From: Candidatus Heimdallarchaeota archaeon
GTDB lineage: Archaea > Asgardarchaeota > Wukongarchaeia > Wukongarchaeales > JBHIFL01
NCBI GenBank assembly: GCA_046761065.1
Contig: JBHIFL010000084.1
Location: 1 to 16,830 of the forward strand
Direction of reading: 5' to 3'
DNA length: 16,830 nucleotides
Shown here: piece by piece, positions 8,823 through 16,830 of the stretch
Numbering within the stretch: the stretch's first letter is position 1
Layout: each line of letters begins with the position of its first letter
Position numbers and translations under genes: made by a program
The notes under the pieces: model-generated
What the model was told of the DNA's origin: nothing
Database searches by the model: none
The model's input: the letters and a program-made list of their open reading frames with translations, nothing else

Positions 8823-9071
8823 GATTTGGAGCTCGATTTTGAAACCATCTTCAGTGATGGTTTTAAAGTTAGTTCTCAATGCTATATCATTTATTGAATT
8901 GGGAAGGAAGCAAAAATTGATTTTCTAAAGTGTATGTTCAATCAGATCCTTTTAGTTCCAGAAGTGGAGAGGGATGTGAGGAAACTCGAAGATAACTCTG
9001 AAATATTCGAATTAATTTCTTTAATGGATTTTTGGTTGCATTTGGATCTCTCAGGCTTTGATATGACTTAA
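8823..9071 (+). pseudogene. Probable degraded UPF0175 antitoxin tail plus DUF3368-type PIN toxin N-terminus
   Basis: DLELDFETIFS (8823-8855) resembles UPF0175 C-termini. ATG 8857 gives MVLKLVLNAISFIELGRKQKL and, after a frameshift at about 8919, DFLKCMFNQILLVPEVERDV, resembling the DUF3368 PIN N-terminus. Stop at 9069-9071. Confidence 0.45.
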
Positions 9072-9175
9072 GTTGTATGATTTCCATAATTATAAGAAAG
9101 TTACATTTTTATAGTTAATTATATAAAGTAACTTAATGGAATATTCATAAGAAATTCCAAAAATAAGGTGTTAAT

Positions 9176-9571
9176 ATGGATTGGATAGAAATTGAAAAAA
9201 CAGAAAATGTGCCTGAAGGTACAATGAAACTTGTAAAAACTAAAGGAAAAGATATAACTGTGACTAATATAGGGGGAACATTTTATGCCTTCAGTGACAG
9301 GTGTCCTCATATGAATTCCCCCCTTCATCTCGGAGTTCTAAAGGATAATGTGGTAACCTGCCCATTACATTATGGGACGTTCGATATAACAACCGGAAAG
9401 AAACTCTCAGAACCAAAGATGGATATGCCACCAGAGATAATGGCTAAACTTCCAGAAGATTTCCTTCGGATGTACTCTCAGATGGGAGAGGTTATGGCAA
9501 AAATAGAAACCCTTGATCTTAAAACCTACGAGGTCAAAGTAGAAGGGAATCATATTTTCATTAGGACTTAA
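9176..9571 (+). CDS. Rieske [2Fe-2S] ferredoxin (soluble, dioxygenase-ferredoxin type)
   Basis: DRCPHM...VTCPLHYGTFDITTG (CxH...CxxH) and LKTYEVKVEGNHIFI. AGGTG SD upstream. Confidence 0.93.
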   Translation: MDWIEIEKTENVPEGTMKLVKTKGKDITVTNIGGTFYAFSDRCPHMNSPLHLGVLKDNVVTCPLHYGTFDITTGKKLSEPKMDMPPEIMAKLPEDFLRMYSQMGEVMAKIETLDLKTYEVKVEGNHIFIRT

Positions 9572-9736
9572 AAAGTCTCCTTCTTCATTTTTTCCAATCC
9601 CTCCATGTATAAGTTTAAATTAGTAATATAATTGCATTATATCTTAAGAGTCACTAGGAATCGGTTTTTTTTATAAAATGCCTAACTAATCCAAAAAAAG
9701 AATAATAACAGGATCTTGTGTGGGAATTCACGGTTG

Positions 9737-10600
9737 TTATTGCAGATTACTGTACTTAAGAAATGTGCCGTTTTGATACTCTTCAAAAGCTAACTCTAGC
9801 TCTTCTTTAGTATTCATGACTATCGGGCCATACCAAGCTACTGGTTCACCAATAGGTTTGCCTGAAATCAAGAGAAAGCGAACTGCCTCAAGCTCGGAAG
9901 TGATTCTTACCTTTTCACCATCTTTGTAGGTCACAAGGTTTTCGGCACTAATCAATTGATCTCGAGTTTGATCAAAATATCCTTTACCTTTTATCACGTA
10001 CGCAAAAATCGTATATCCTTTCTTGACATGATGCGCAAATTCCGACTGGGGAGCGATTGTGACATCCAAATATTCTGGATCGGTCACGATATCTTGAACG
10101 GGTCCCTTTATCCCGTTAACTTCTCCACAAATGATCCTTGCTTTTACACCATTATTGAGATGAACCTCTGGTATTTGCTCTTTTTTCACGTCTCGATAAC
10201 GGGGATTCATCATCTTATATGCGGCAGGAAGATTCGCCCATAACTGAAATCCCCATAATACACCATCGTTCTGGTGTGGCATTTCTTGGTGGATGATTCC
10301 ATTGCCAGCGGTCATCCATTGAACCTCACCCGATCGAATAACGCCCCTATTCCCTAGACTATCTTCATGCATCACATCCCCATGAAGCATATATGTAATC
10401 GTCTCAATGCCACGATGGGGGTGCCATGGAAATCCAGCTTTATAATCATCCGGGTTATCGGAATGAAAATCATCGAGAAGTAAAAAGGGATCCAATAAAG
10501 GGACGTCATGATACCCAAAAGCCCGCTTTAACCGAACTCCTGCACCTTCGATAGTTGGCTTACTTTTTCTAAATCGTTGAATTTTTCGAATATTGTCCAT
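9737..10600 (-). CDS. Pirin family protein
   Basis: EGAGVRLKR, DPFLLLD, GFPWHPHRGIETITY, VQWMTAGNGIIHQEMP, GFQLWANLP and GEPVAWYGPIVMNT motifs. Confidence 0.96.
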   Translation of the reverse strand: MDNIRKIQRFRKSKPTIEGAGVRLKRAFGYHDVPLLDPFLLLDDFHSDNPDDYKAGFPWHPHRGIETITYMLHGDVMHEDSLGNRGVIRSGEVQWMTAGNGIIHQEMPHQNDGVLWGFQLWANLPAAYKMMNPRYRDVKKEQIPEVHLNNGVKARIICGEVNGIKGPVQDIVTDPEYLDVTIAPQSEFAHHVKKGYTIFAYVIKGKGYFDQTRDQLISAENLVTYKDGEKVRITSELEAVRFLLISGKPIGEPVAWYGPIVMNTKEELELAFEEYQNGTFLKYSNLQ

Positions 10601-10831
10601 GAAATAAAACTCCTATAATAAATCACAATTAATATAAATATAATATGCCTAATTCCTATTAAAATTAAAGGAATATACATATCATCGATGTAGTAAACGT
10701 AACAAAAGTAAATAGAAGAAAGAAATAGTTATTAATAAAGGCTTTGAATTAAAAAAAGCTGTATTCTCATGAATAATCCATTAGCGTCTTTTTAGATGAT
10801 TTTGTGATGCATATTACTTTATTTGGTTGTA

Positions 10832-12715
10832 TTAAACTAATATTTTAAGTGTCTTTTTGCAAAAAATTATAGTTTCGTCTAAGGCATCTGACACTTTATT
10901 TCTCTCTCGGATCAATTCTGTCATTAACGCGGTAAATTCACCGCTATCCCGGTTCATGGATACAAGTTCATCGATCTTTTGTAGACCTGGAATTGGTTTG
11001 GGTAGGTCACCCCACCTGTCCTGACCGTATTTCCCAGTATGAGTGTAATTTATGGGGTCTAAAACCCTACTCAGTTTCATAAGGCACGCATTGGCTTCAT
11101 CTATCTTTTTATCAAGGTTTGTCACATCTCCCCACTCATCACACTGTGCTGTAAGTGCATTGATGGTCTTATCAAGCTCAAGTGCAACTTCTTTAAACTT
11201 CTCAACCTTCGCTATGAGATTCGTTAAGTCTAGTAATCCTTTTCCATTTTTATTATGCTCCTTAAGACCTTCGAGCATCCAATCTGCTACCGGAACGGTC
11301 TTCGTCGGAATGATTGGCATGTTACTTAACCGCGCTATAAATACGGCAATTGCTTTCGCTGTCTCTACGAGAGCGTCTAGATCAACCTTATCAAGGGTAT
11401 CCTCTTCGCTGTGATACCACCAGCCTTGGAAACTCGTTGAAACTGTCTTTACAGTTGTCATAAACTCTGGGGTATATTTTGTTCCGATGGCTATAGACGG
11501 CACACCGACTCCTAAGAACGATTGGTCGCCCGCTTTGAAGATCCTATAGGCCGCTCCAGGCGGTACTAATATGTCGCCTACCGTGTCCCCTGCGTATGGC
11601 TTATTTAATCTTCGTGCCAGATCCTTAACTACATCCTGTACAAATTGATTGATAATTGGAGCTCCGCTCCCATAAAACATCGTGGGACCGGTCAGATCCT
11701 TCTCTGCCGCGGTTCCGGGTGAGTCGATGTTGATGTAAACAAGGCAGTTCTTACTGAAATCGTCCCAGAAATTGTCAAGATACCAAGTTGATCCTGACTG
11801 TTTTGCGGTCTCGTGTCCATTCCACCAACCAATTCTAATACTCCTTCTCAGCTTATGCGAATATTTTTGAAAGATCCTCGCCAACTCGAGGCATACCGCA
11901 TTGCCCACTGCATTATCCGTAGCTCCACCCCCATAGGCATCGAAGTGCCCCCCAACCAAAACAAACCTATTTGGTCTCCAAGTTCCAGTCACTGTAGCGA
12001 CGGGCTCAACTATCTTTGCCCATTTCGGGTAGGTCGCTGATTTTATTCGAATTCGAACTTTTCCACGTAACAGTAGCTCTCTAATGTAGTCCCCGTCTTG
12101 CCTTGTCGTGCATAGAGCCGGGATATGCGCAAATGACTCAGGCGTAGGATCCCTCAGTTCTGTTAGAGTTGGAACTCCCCATACATGTTTTGCTGACCCA
12201 TAGTGAAAAAGGCGCCGTTCTGGGGGCGTCCAGTTCTGATGTAAAAATGCTATCGCCCCATGTCTTTCCGCCACTCTTATTTTCTCATTGTACGATATTG
12301 GGAAATACCCGGAAAATTTGACGAAACAAACTTTCCCCTTGACATCTACTTCCTCTAGATCCTCTTCCGTGCCGATGCCGGCAGCGACAATTTCTCCTTC
12401 AAGACCGCCAGGTGGGGTTGCTGGCGTAAACGCATAAGCATAGGCCTCGATCTCTCTCTCTTCTGGTGAAATGATCGTAACAGTTGCCTTTTCTGGTGAA
12501 CACATGTATGCCATAAACTCATAAGAGTTTACTGCTACCCCGTTTTGGTGGTTGACCTTCACAATATACTCCGCCGCCTTCCGACAAGCGGGTGTTCCAG
12601 ACAATCTCGGTGCTGCGTTTTCTCCGAGCCATCTAATATGTTCCAAAAGGTTATCCCTGGATATGTCACTCATAATCAAATCTTCAATTTGCTTTTGTTC
12701 CTCAGATAATGCCAT
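10832..12715 (-). CDS. M28 family metallopeptidase with PA domain
   Basis: PRLSGT; PA insert (GLEGEIV..G.GTEED..DVKGK); GGHFDA..GATDNAVG; YINIDSPG; YHSEEDTLDKVD. Start ATG 12715 (MALSEE) follows a GGTGA SD and is preferred over 12844. Confidence 0.9.
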   Translation of the reverse strand: MALSEEQKQIEDLIMSDISRDNLLEHIRWLGENAAPRLSGTPACRKAAEYIVKVNHQNGVAVNSYEFMAYMCSPEKATVTIISPEEREIEAYAYAFTPATPPGGLEGEIVAAGIGTEEDLEEVDVKGKVCFVKFSGYFPISYNEKIRVAERHGAIAFLHQNWTPPERRLFHYGSAKHVWGVPTLTELRDPTPESFAHIPALCTTRQDGDYIRELLLRGKVRIRIKSATYPKWAKIVEPVATVTGTWRPNRFVLVGGHFDAYGGGATDNAVGNAVCLELARIFQKYSHKLRRSIRIGWWNGHETAKQSGSTWYLDNFWDDFSKNCLVYINIDSPGTAAEKDLTGPTMFYGSGAPIINQFVQDVVKDLARRLNKPYAGDTVGDILVPPGAAYRIFKAGDQSFLGVGVPSIAIGTKYTPEFMTTVKTVSTSFQGWWYHSEEDTLDKVDLDALVETAKAIAVFIARLSNMPIIPTKTVPVADWMLEGLKEHNKNGKGLLDLTNLIAKVEKFKEVALELDKTINALTAQCDEWGDVTNLDKKIDEANACLMKLSRVLDPINYTHTGKYGQDRWGDLPKPIPGLQKIDELVSMNRDSGEFTALMTELIRERNKVSDALDETIIFCKKTLKILV

Positions 12716-13096
12716 AGATTCACCTTTGGTAGCTAAACCACCTTTGCATTTATGTTTAACGGTATTTAATCGGAGATTCACTCGCTTGTTCAAATAAAGT
12801 GTGTAAAAGTGTGATAGGATGTCAAATCGCCTAAAAAATCTCAATCCCCCTTCTCAGAAATCGGGTTAGAAATTCGGAAACCACTTTTTTGCTCCGAAAT
12901 TGTTTTTATTCGTTACTTTATATTTCTAAACAAGATTTCCCTGGAATTCCCGCTTCTCTGGGTGCATTTCTACCACTTGTTCATTCACAAAAACTCTTGA
13001 AGAACCAAATCCAACAGCTAATATCTTGAATGTAGTGGGTCGTCTGTCCTAGATTCTATCTCAAGGGCTTTGTCAGAATGATACCCGCCACTTCCT

Positions 13097-13510
13097 TTAC
13101 GGCAGTCTCCTGAATCCCATCTGTTCAAAATGGATATCAAAGGCGAAAGTGTGCCGAATCGCTTTACTTTCCATTAACGCAAAGCTTGTACAATCCGTGT
13201 AACTAAATTCCTTGTCTGAATAGGATTTGAAAATTTCCCAAGCGCGTATTTCGTTTTTGTGCCTAATCCGTTCTATGGTGAGTATTTTCGATGCTCTCAT
13301 TCGTTCACCGACCTCAACGGCTTTCTCATGCCCCAAATTTCTTCGGACTAGAGTCATCAACTCATCGAACACAAAATTTGACGTCAATATTTGAGCCAGT
13401 CCTAGTTTCCCTGTTATCAAGTCTTTCTCGAATGCTCGCGCCGACTTGTTGTTCTTGTCGGATTCGTCTTCTAAGGCATAAAAGGCGCTTGTATCCACAA
13501 AAATCCGCAC
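13097..13510 (-). CDS. vapC: PIN-domain toxin, VapC family
   Basis: IFVDTSAFYAL, TSNFVFDEL, FSYTDCTSFALM and FAFDIHFEQMGF, with the acidic PIN residues intact. Confidence 0.92.
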   Translation of the reverse strand: MRIFVDTSAFYALEDESDKNNKSARAFEKDLITGKLGLAQILTSNFVFDELMTLVRRNLGHEKAVEVGERMRASKILTIERIRHKNEIRAWEIFKSYSDKEFSYTDCTSFALMESKAIRHTFAFDIHFEQMGFRRLP

Positions 13511-13549
13511 CGCCCATGCTCTCCTTCTCTGAAAAGCCGTTACTTGCGT

Positions 13550-13795
13550 TCAGTTTTCGTTCCCTTCTCCAGCATACAAATACCGATCGTGTCCCTCACT
13601 CACGTCGGTTCGCCCACTCTTGGCCGGCGTCCTGCTCCTAAAATACGGGTCATTTTTGAAATCAAGCTCTTGCCTTAAGAAAAGGCGAATTGCCTCCCTT
13701 AACCCTTCTTTGATGGTCAGCTTTTTCTTCCCAAGAAAATCCACAAACATTCGATACTCTTCATCATTTAGGGCGGTTTGAACTATCTTCGCCAT
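13550..13795 (-). CDS. Putative VapB-type antitoxin (ribbon-helix-helix-like N-terminus)
   Basis: 81 aa directly upstream of vapC. Beta-strand KIVQTAL plus two helices, a C-terminal SGRTDVSEGHDRYLY tail typical of VapC-cognate antitoxins, and a GAGGAG SD. Confidence 0.8.
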   Translation of the reverse strand: MAKIVQTALNDEEYRMFVDFLGKKKLTIKEGLREAIRLFLRQELDFKNDPYFRSRTPAKSGRTDVSEGHDRYLYAGEGNEN

Positions 13796-14226
13796 GAGAT
13801 CTCCTCATTAAATGATTATTGTTTTTCCATTAAAATATTTTTATTCATCTTTTTGTCCAATCACATGTAGACGGCACACCGCATCCCATCAAAAAACTAC
13901 TAAAACACTTTCAATTTACCGAATAACATAATCTTTGCACATATCCCTGGGTAAACTTATTTAAAAAATGTAAATTTGCCAATTTTAGCAGAATTACTTA
14001 ACAAATTCCTTAAATCGGCTTTCAAAAACTCTAACCCAATCAAAGTAATCCCAATTACTCTCTATAAAATAATGATTGAATCAAATGAATATCACACGAC
14101 CTCCTTAGAACCCACTTCACCTCAGAATTCCACGGATATCCCGCATTGCAGCAGGCATTTCGGTTACTTGCTCCTTTGTTGGTTCAGTTTAACATGTTGA
14201 ATTGGTTTGAAACATCACCCCAATCT

Positions 14227-14240
14227 GCAAAAGTTTAATA
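14227..14240 (+). promoter_or_regulatory. Putative BRE + TATA box of the CPBP gene
   Basis: gcaaaag-TTTAATA about 40 nt upstream of ATG 14279. Confidence 0.4.
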
Positions 14241-14278
14241 TCATAAATAGTTACTTAGACGATTAATTGGGAGTTAAG

Positions 14279-15007
14279 ATGGTTAAGGCTCAACAAGAAG
14301 AGAGTTGGAAGCATCTGAGTGCATGGGTTTTACTTCTTGAAACTATTTTGATTCTAGTTGTCTTCAATGCATCTAGTTATTTCAACACCACTACCTATAG
14401 TAAGTCTATAGATACTGTTGGTGTTGCCTTGACAGCTTTATTGATGTTTTGGATATGGGGCAATAGTCGTTTCCGTTTTGGATATGATTTGACGGATTTG
14501 GGATTAATCGCCAGTTCCGTTTCTCGCAAACAATGGGTAGGGGTTTTTGCAATAGGAACTCTCTTTTATCTCGTAGCCTTCGCTTTAGAGGTCGTTTTCC
14601 CGTCAGAAATAAAAGGAGACGTTACATTAATCAGATTACTCGTCGCTGCGGTCTTCACTTTTACATTCGGCCCGCTTTTTGAAGAGCTCCTGTTCCGAGG
14701 ATACCTGTTCAAAAGAAGCCAAGATGCCCTCCCATCCTCACCTAGTTCCAAGATAGCTGCCGCATCTCTTGTCAGCGGTGTTGCCTTCGGGTTTTGGCAC
14801 TTACCAACTCCACTTCTACTCCTTTATTTTCATGATCCGATAATCCCGGTGTATGCAAATCTTTTACCATTCGTCTTCTTTGCTTCACTTCTGGGCATTT
14901 TCCTTGGAGAAATACGCCATCGAACAAGATCAATACTGCCCGGAATCTTCCTACACTTTTGTGCAAACTCCATGTACGTGATCACACTGGTTCTACGGCT
15001 ATTCTAG
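14279..15007 (+). CDS. CPBP family intramembrane glutamic protease (type II CAAX protease/Abi-like)
   Basis: EELLFRG, FGFWH and HFCAN motifs in a multi-TM protein. ATG 14279 after GGGAG is preferred over 14267. Confidence 0.9.
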   Translation: MVKAQQEESWKHLSAWVLLLETILILVVFNASSYFNTTTYSKSIDTVGVALTALLMFWIWGNSRFRFGYDLTDLGLIASSVSRKQWVGVFAIGTLFYLVAFALEVVFPSEIKGDVTLIRLLVAAVFTFTFGPLFEELLFRGYLFKRSQDALPSSPSSKIAAASLVSGVAFGFWHLPTPLLLLYFHDPIIPVYANLLPFVFFASLLGIFLGEIRHRTRSILPGIFLHFCANSMYVITLVLRLF

Positions 15008-15465
15008 CCTCCTCACTGTGAATACTTTTCATAATTTTAGCTGCATCGGCTTTAATTAGAAAAGGACGCGGTATTAATATAATAGCTATTAAATCAAAAG
15101 ATAAAGACAATGGGTTATTGAAACTAAGTGAAATGTTGTTAATTCTCCAAAATATTTGTTGGTAGTCGAATTCTCATTGGATAATGGTTTCTAGGACGAA
15201 ACGACTTGTTCTAAACAACCATTTCACATGTACTAACCAATGGTGGCGCTCCAGTCCTGCGTTTGCTGTCTGATCGAAAAACCTCCTGCTTTTTATTGCC
15301 TAGCATTCGTATTCAAGGAAGCGAATCTTAGATGGCGTTGGACCTGCAGAAAAAACAAGGAAAGCCACTTACAAGCCACTCCAAGATGTATTTGCAACAA
15401 AACAGCAAGTGAGGTGTTGGTGCAAAAACAAAAAAAGAGACTTTGGGTTCCATTGGCAGAGGACC

Positions 15466-16758
15466 ATGGACTCTTCTGAACACGTCTTAACATCGGGATC
15501 TGCCAAGTCCGATCTAGTCCAATACTTTTTGAATGATATACGACATGCCAAGAAGAAATTATACGGTGCATCCCTGACGTCAGTTGCTAGCACCAATTTA
15601 GTGTTCAGCTTTTTTCATTTGTATGCTGTGGATCTGGGTTCAACCCCGTTAATTCAGAGTATCATTACCAGCCAGAATCAACTTGGAAATACTGCTCTTC
15701 AACCATATTTCGGATCCCGAAGTGATGAAAAAGGCCGTCGCCCCTATTTAATGTTAGGTTGGGGCACTCTGGCAATTACCAACTTCCTCGTAATGCTATT
15801 CCAGCTACTCGGTTTGATGACAGTCTCCCTCCTTCTCTTAATTTTAGTGTTCCAAACAGTTCTAGGGAGTGCATGGATTCCCGCGTGGACCGCATACTTG
15901 GGGGATATCACTACCAAAAAAATGAGGGGGAGGTTTGTTGGGAAAGTAACAGCTGTGGGTACGATCTTTTCAATCGGAGTTATTCTATCAGTTGGATGGC
16001 TCATGGAACTCGTGGGAGGAGCACGGGTTGATCAGTATATCATCCCTTTCGGCATTGCAACACTCCTTATGGCGTGTTCATGCTTTTTCGTTACCCATCT
16101 ACCCGAATCCCTACATGAACGGAGTTATCACACCGTTCGTCCTTCAATTCGCAAAATCTTGAAAGCAAATCCCCAATTCAGAAAATTCACGGCAATCAAC
16201 GCTTGTGCGATGTTCGCCATGTCAATGACTTGGCCCCTGTATAGTTTTGTCTATCGGGATGTGGTTAATATTAGCCCTACGCAATTGGTTTTGGTGTCTT
16301 CTGCTTTTACACTCACAACTGCTATCAGCCAGCAATGGGGGGGTCGTATGGCGGATAAACTTGGAAGACGGCCTGGGTTAATCTTGGGTAGGCTTTTCCT
16401 TACAGCGTACCCGATACTCATAGCTCTTTCGAAGACATGGACTACCATCCTCATAGCAGAACTGTGTAGCGGCATCGGTTCTGGTCTTGCAATGACACTG
16501 ACATCTGTCGCGATTCTGGATCTCACAAGAGAGGAAGCAGAACGAGGGAAATTCACAGCAACGTCAAACTTCATCATTGGCGTGGTGACCTTCCTTGGAG
16601 CCCTCTTCTCCGGCGCCTTAACACAAGCGTTGGCGGCACCTTTGGGACAACTCTCAGCCGTGTTATTCATGCTCTATATGGCTGCAGTGTTGCGTTTTGT
16701 CACAGCCCTCCTGTTTTTCAGGATTCCTGAGACCCTGGTTGCCGTAGCTGGAGATTGA
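15466..16758 (+). CDS. Major facilitator superfamily (MFS) transporter
   Basis: About 12 hydrophobic segments, with motif A copies GSRSDEKGRRP and GRMADKLGRRP. ATG 15466 after GAGGA is preferred over 15409. Confidence 0.92.
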   Translation: MDSSEHVLTSGSAKSDLVQYFLNDIRHAKKKLYGASLTSVASTNLVFSFFHLYAVDLGSTPLIQSIITSQNQLGNTALQPYFGSRSDEKGRRPYLMLGWGTLAITNFLVMLFQLLGLMTVSLLLLILVFQTVLGSAWIPAWTAYLGDITTKKMRGRFVGKVTAVGTIFSIGVILSVGWLMELVGGARVDQYIIPFGIATLLMACSCFFVTHLPESLHERSYHTVRPSIRKILKANPQFRKFTAINACAMFAMSMTWPLYSFVYRDVVNISPTQLVLVSSAFTLTTAISQQWGGRMADKLGRRPGLILGRLFLTAYPILIALSKTWTTILIAELCSGIGSGLAMTLTSVAILDLTREEAERGKFTATSNFIIGVVTFLGALFSGALTQALAAPLGQLSAVLFMLYMAAVLRFVTALLFFRIPETLVAVAGD

Positions 16759-16830
16759 TCGACGATCCCCTTTGGGTAATGAGTACTGGCTTGTTCTAAG
16801 CGCAGTATGAGCTTAAGTTAGGCCGTTAGG

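Noticed and set aside
12716-12844. N-terminal extensions in the ORF track (M28 here; likewise SRPBCC, DinB, CPBP and MFS)
   Set aside because: Downstream ATGs with good SD motifs fit the family N-termini better, and the extensions run through promoter-like sequence.
13065-13082. GGGCTTTGTCAGAAT resembling an IS terminal inverted repeat next to vapC
   Set aside because: I found no partner repeat, target-site duplication or transposase in the window.
13976-14200. 74-aa ORF between the TA pair and the CPBP gene
   Set aside because: TTG start without an SD and no recognisable domain.
15240-15596. Cys-rich ORF 15240-15479, antisense ORFs, and GCCACT as a cobalamin riboswitch B12 box
   Set aside because: No regular metal-binding Cys spacing, and the remaining riboswitch consensus elements are not evident.
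895-16670. Antisense or alternate-frame ORFs (895-1086, 1333-1557, 2953-3240, 3334-3699, 4567-4854, 7945-8415, 7968-8228, 9119-9328, 9956-10243, 11052-11414, 11813-12040, 12552-12797, 13291-13641, 14566-14751, 14772-14966, 15744-16004, 15759-16031, 16251-16670)
   Set aside because: They overlap well-supported genes and have no recognisable motifs, so they are shadow ORFs.

Overview
Archaeal-looking accessory region (GGTGA/GGAGG Shine-Dalgarno motifs, BRE+TATA-like promoters, TTG/GTG starts). An Asgard- or other sediment-archaeon origin is plausible but cannot be shown from this window. It is a mosaic of mostly stand-alone metabolic and stress genes: cupin, GyrI-like, VOC/glyoxalase, small hypothetical, SRPBCC, DinB, a UbiE/MenG-like methyltransferase next to a MenA/UbiA-like prenyltransferase, a secreted PQQ-dependent (glucose/sorbosone-type) dehydrogenase, Rieske ferredoxin, pirin, PA-domain M28 peptidase, VapBC-type toxin-antitoxin pair, CPBP (CAAX-like) protease and an MFS transporter. 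Decaying genes are interleaved: a class V aminotransferase pseudogene, a 5'-truncated GyrI gene, a probable UPF0175/DUF3368 TA remnant and a zinc-ribbon fragment. Features the ORF track misses include (i) a single in-frame TAG separating the PQQ dehydrogenase from its last beta-strand, Thr-rich linker and membrane anchor, (ii) a cupin split by a -1 frameshift at an A_AAA_AAA heptamer, and (iii) repeated Arg(CGN)->TGN substitutions in the pseudogene. I found no rRNA, tRNA, CRISPR array or intact transposase, and cannot claim a clearly new multi-gene system.
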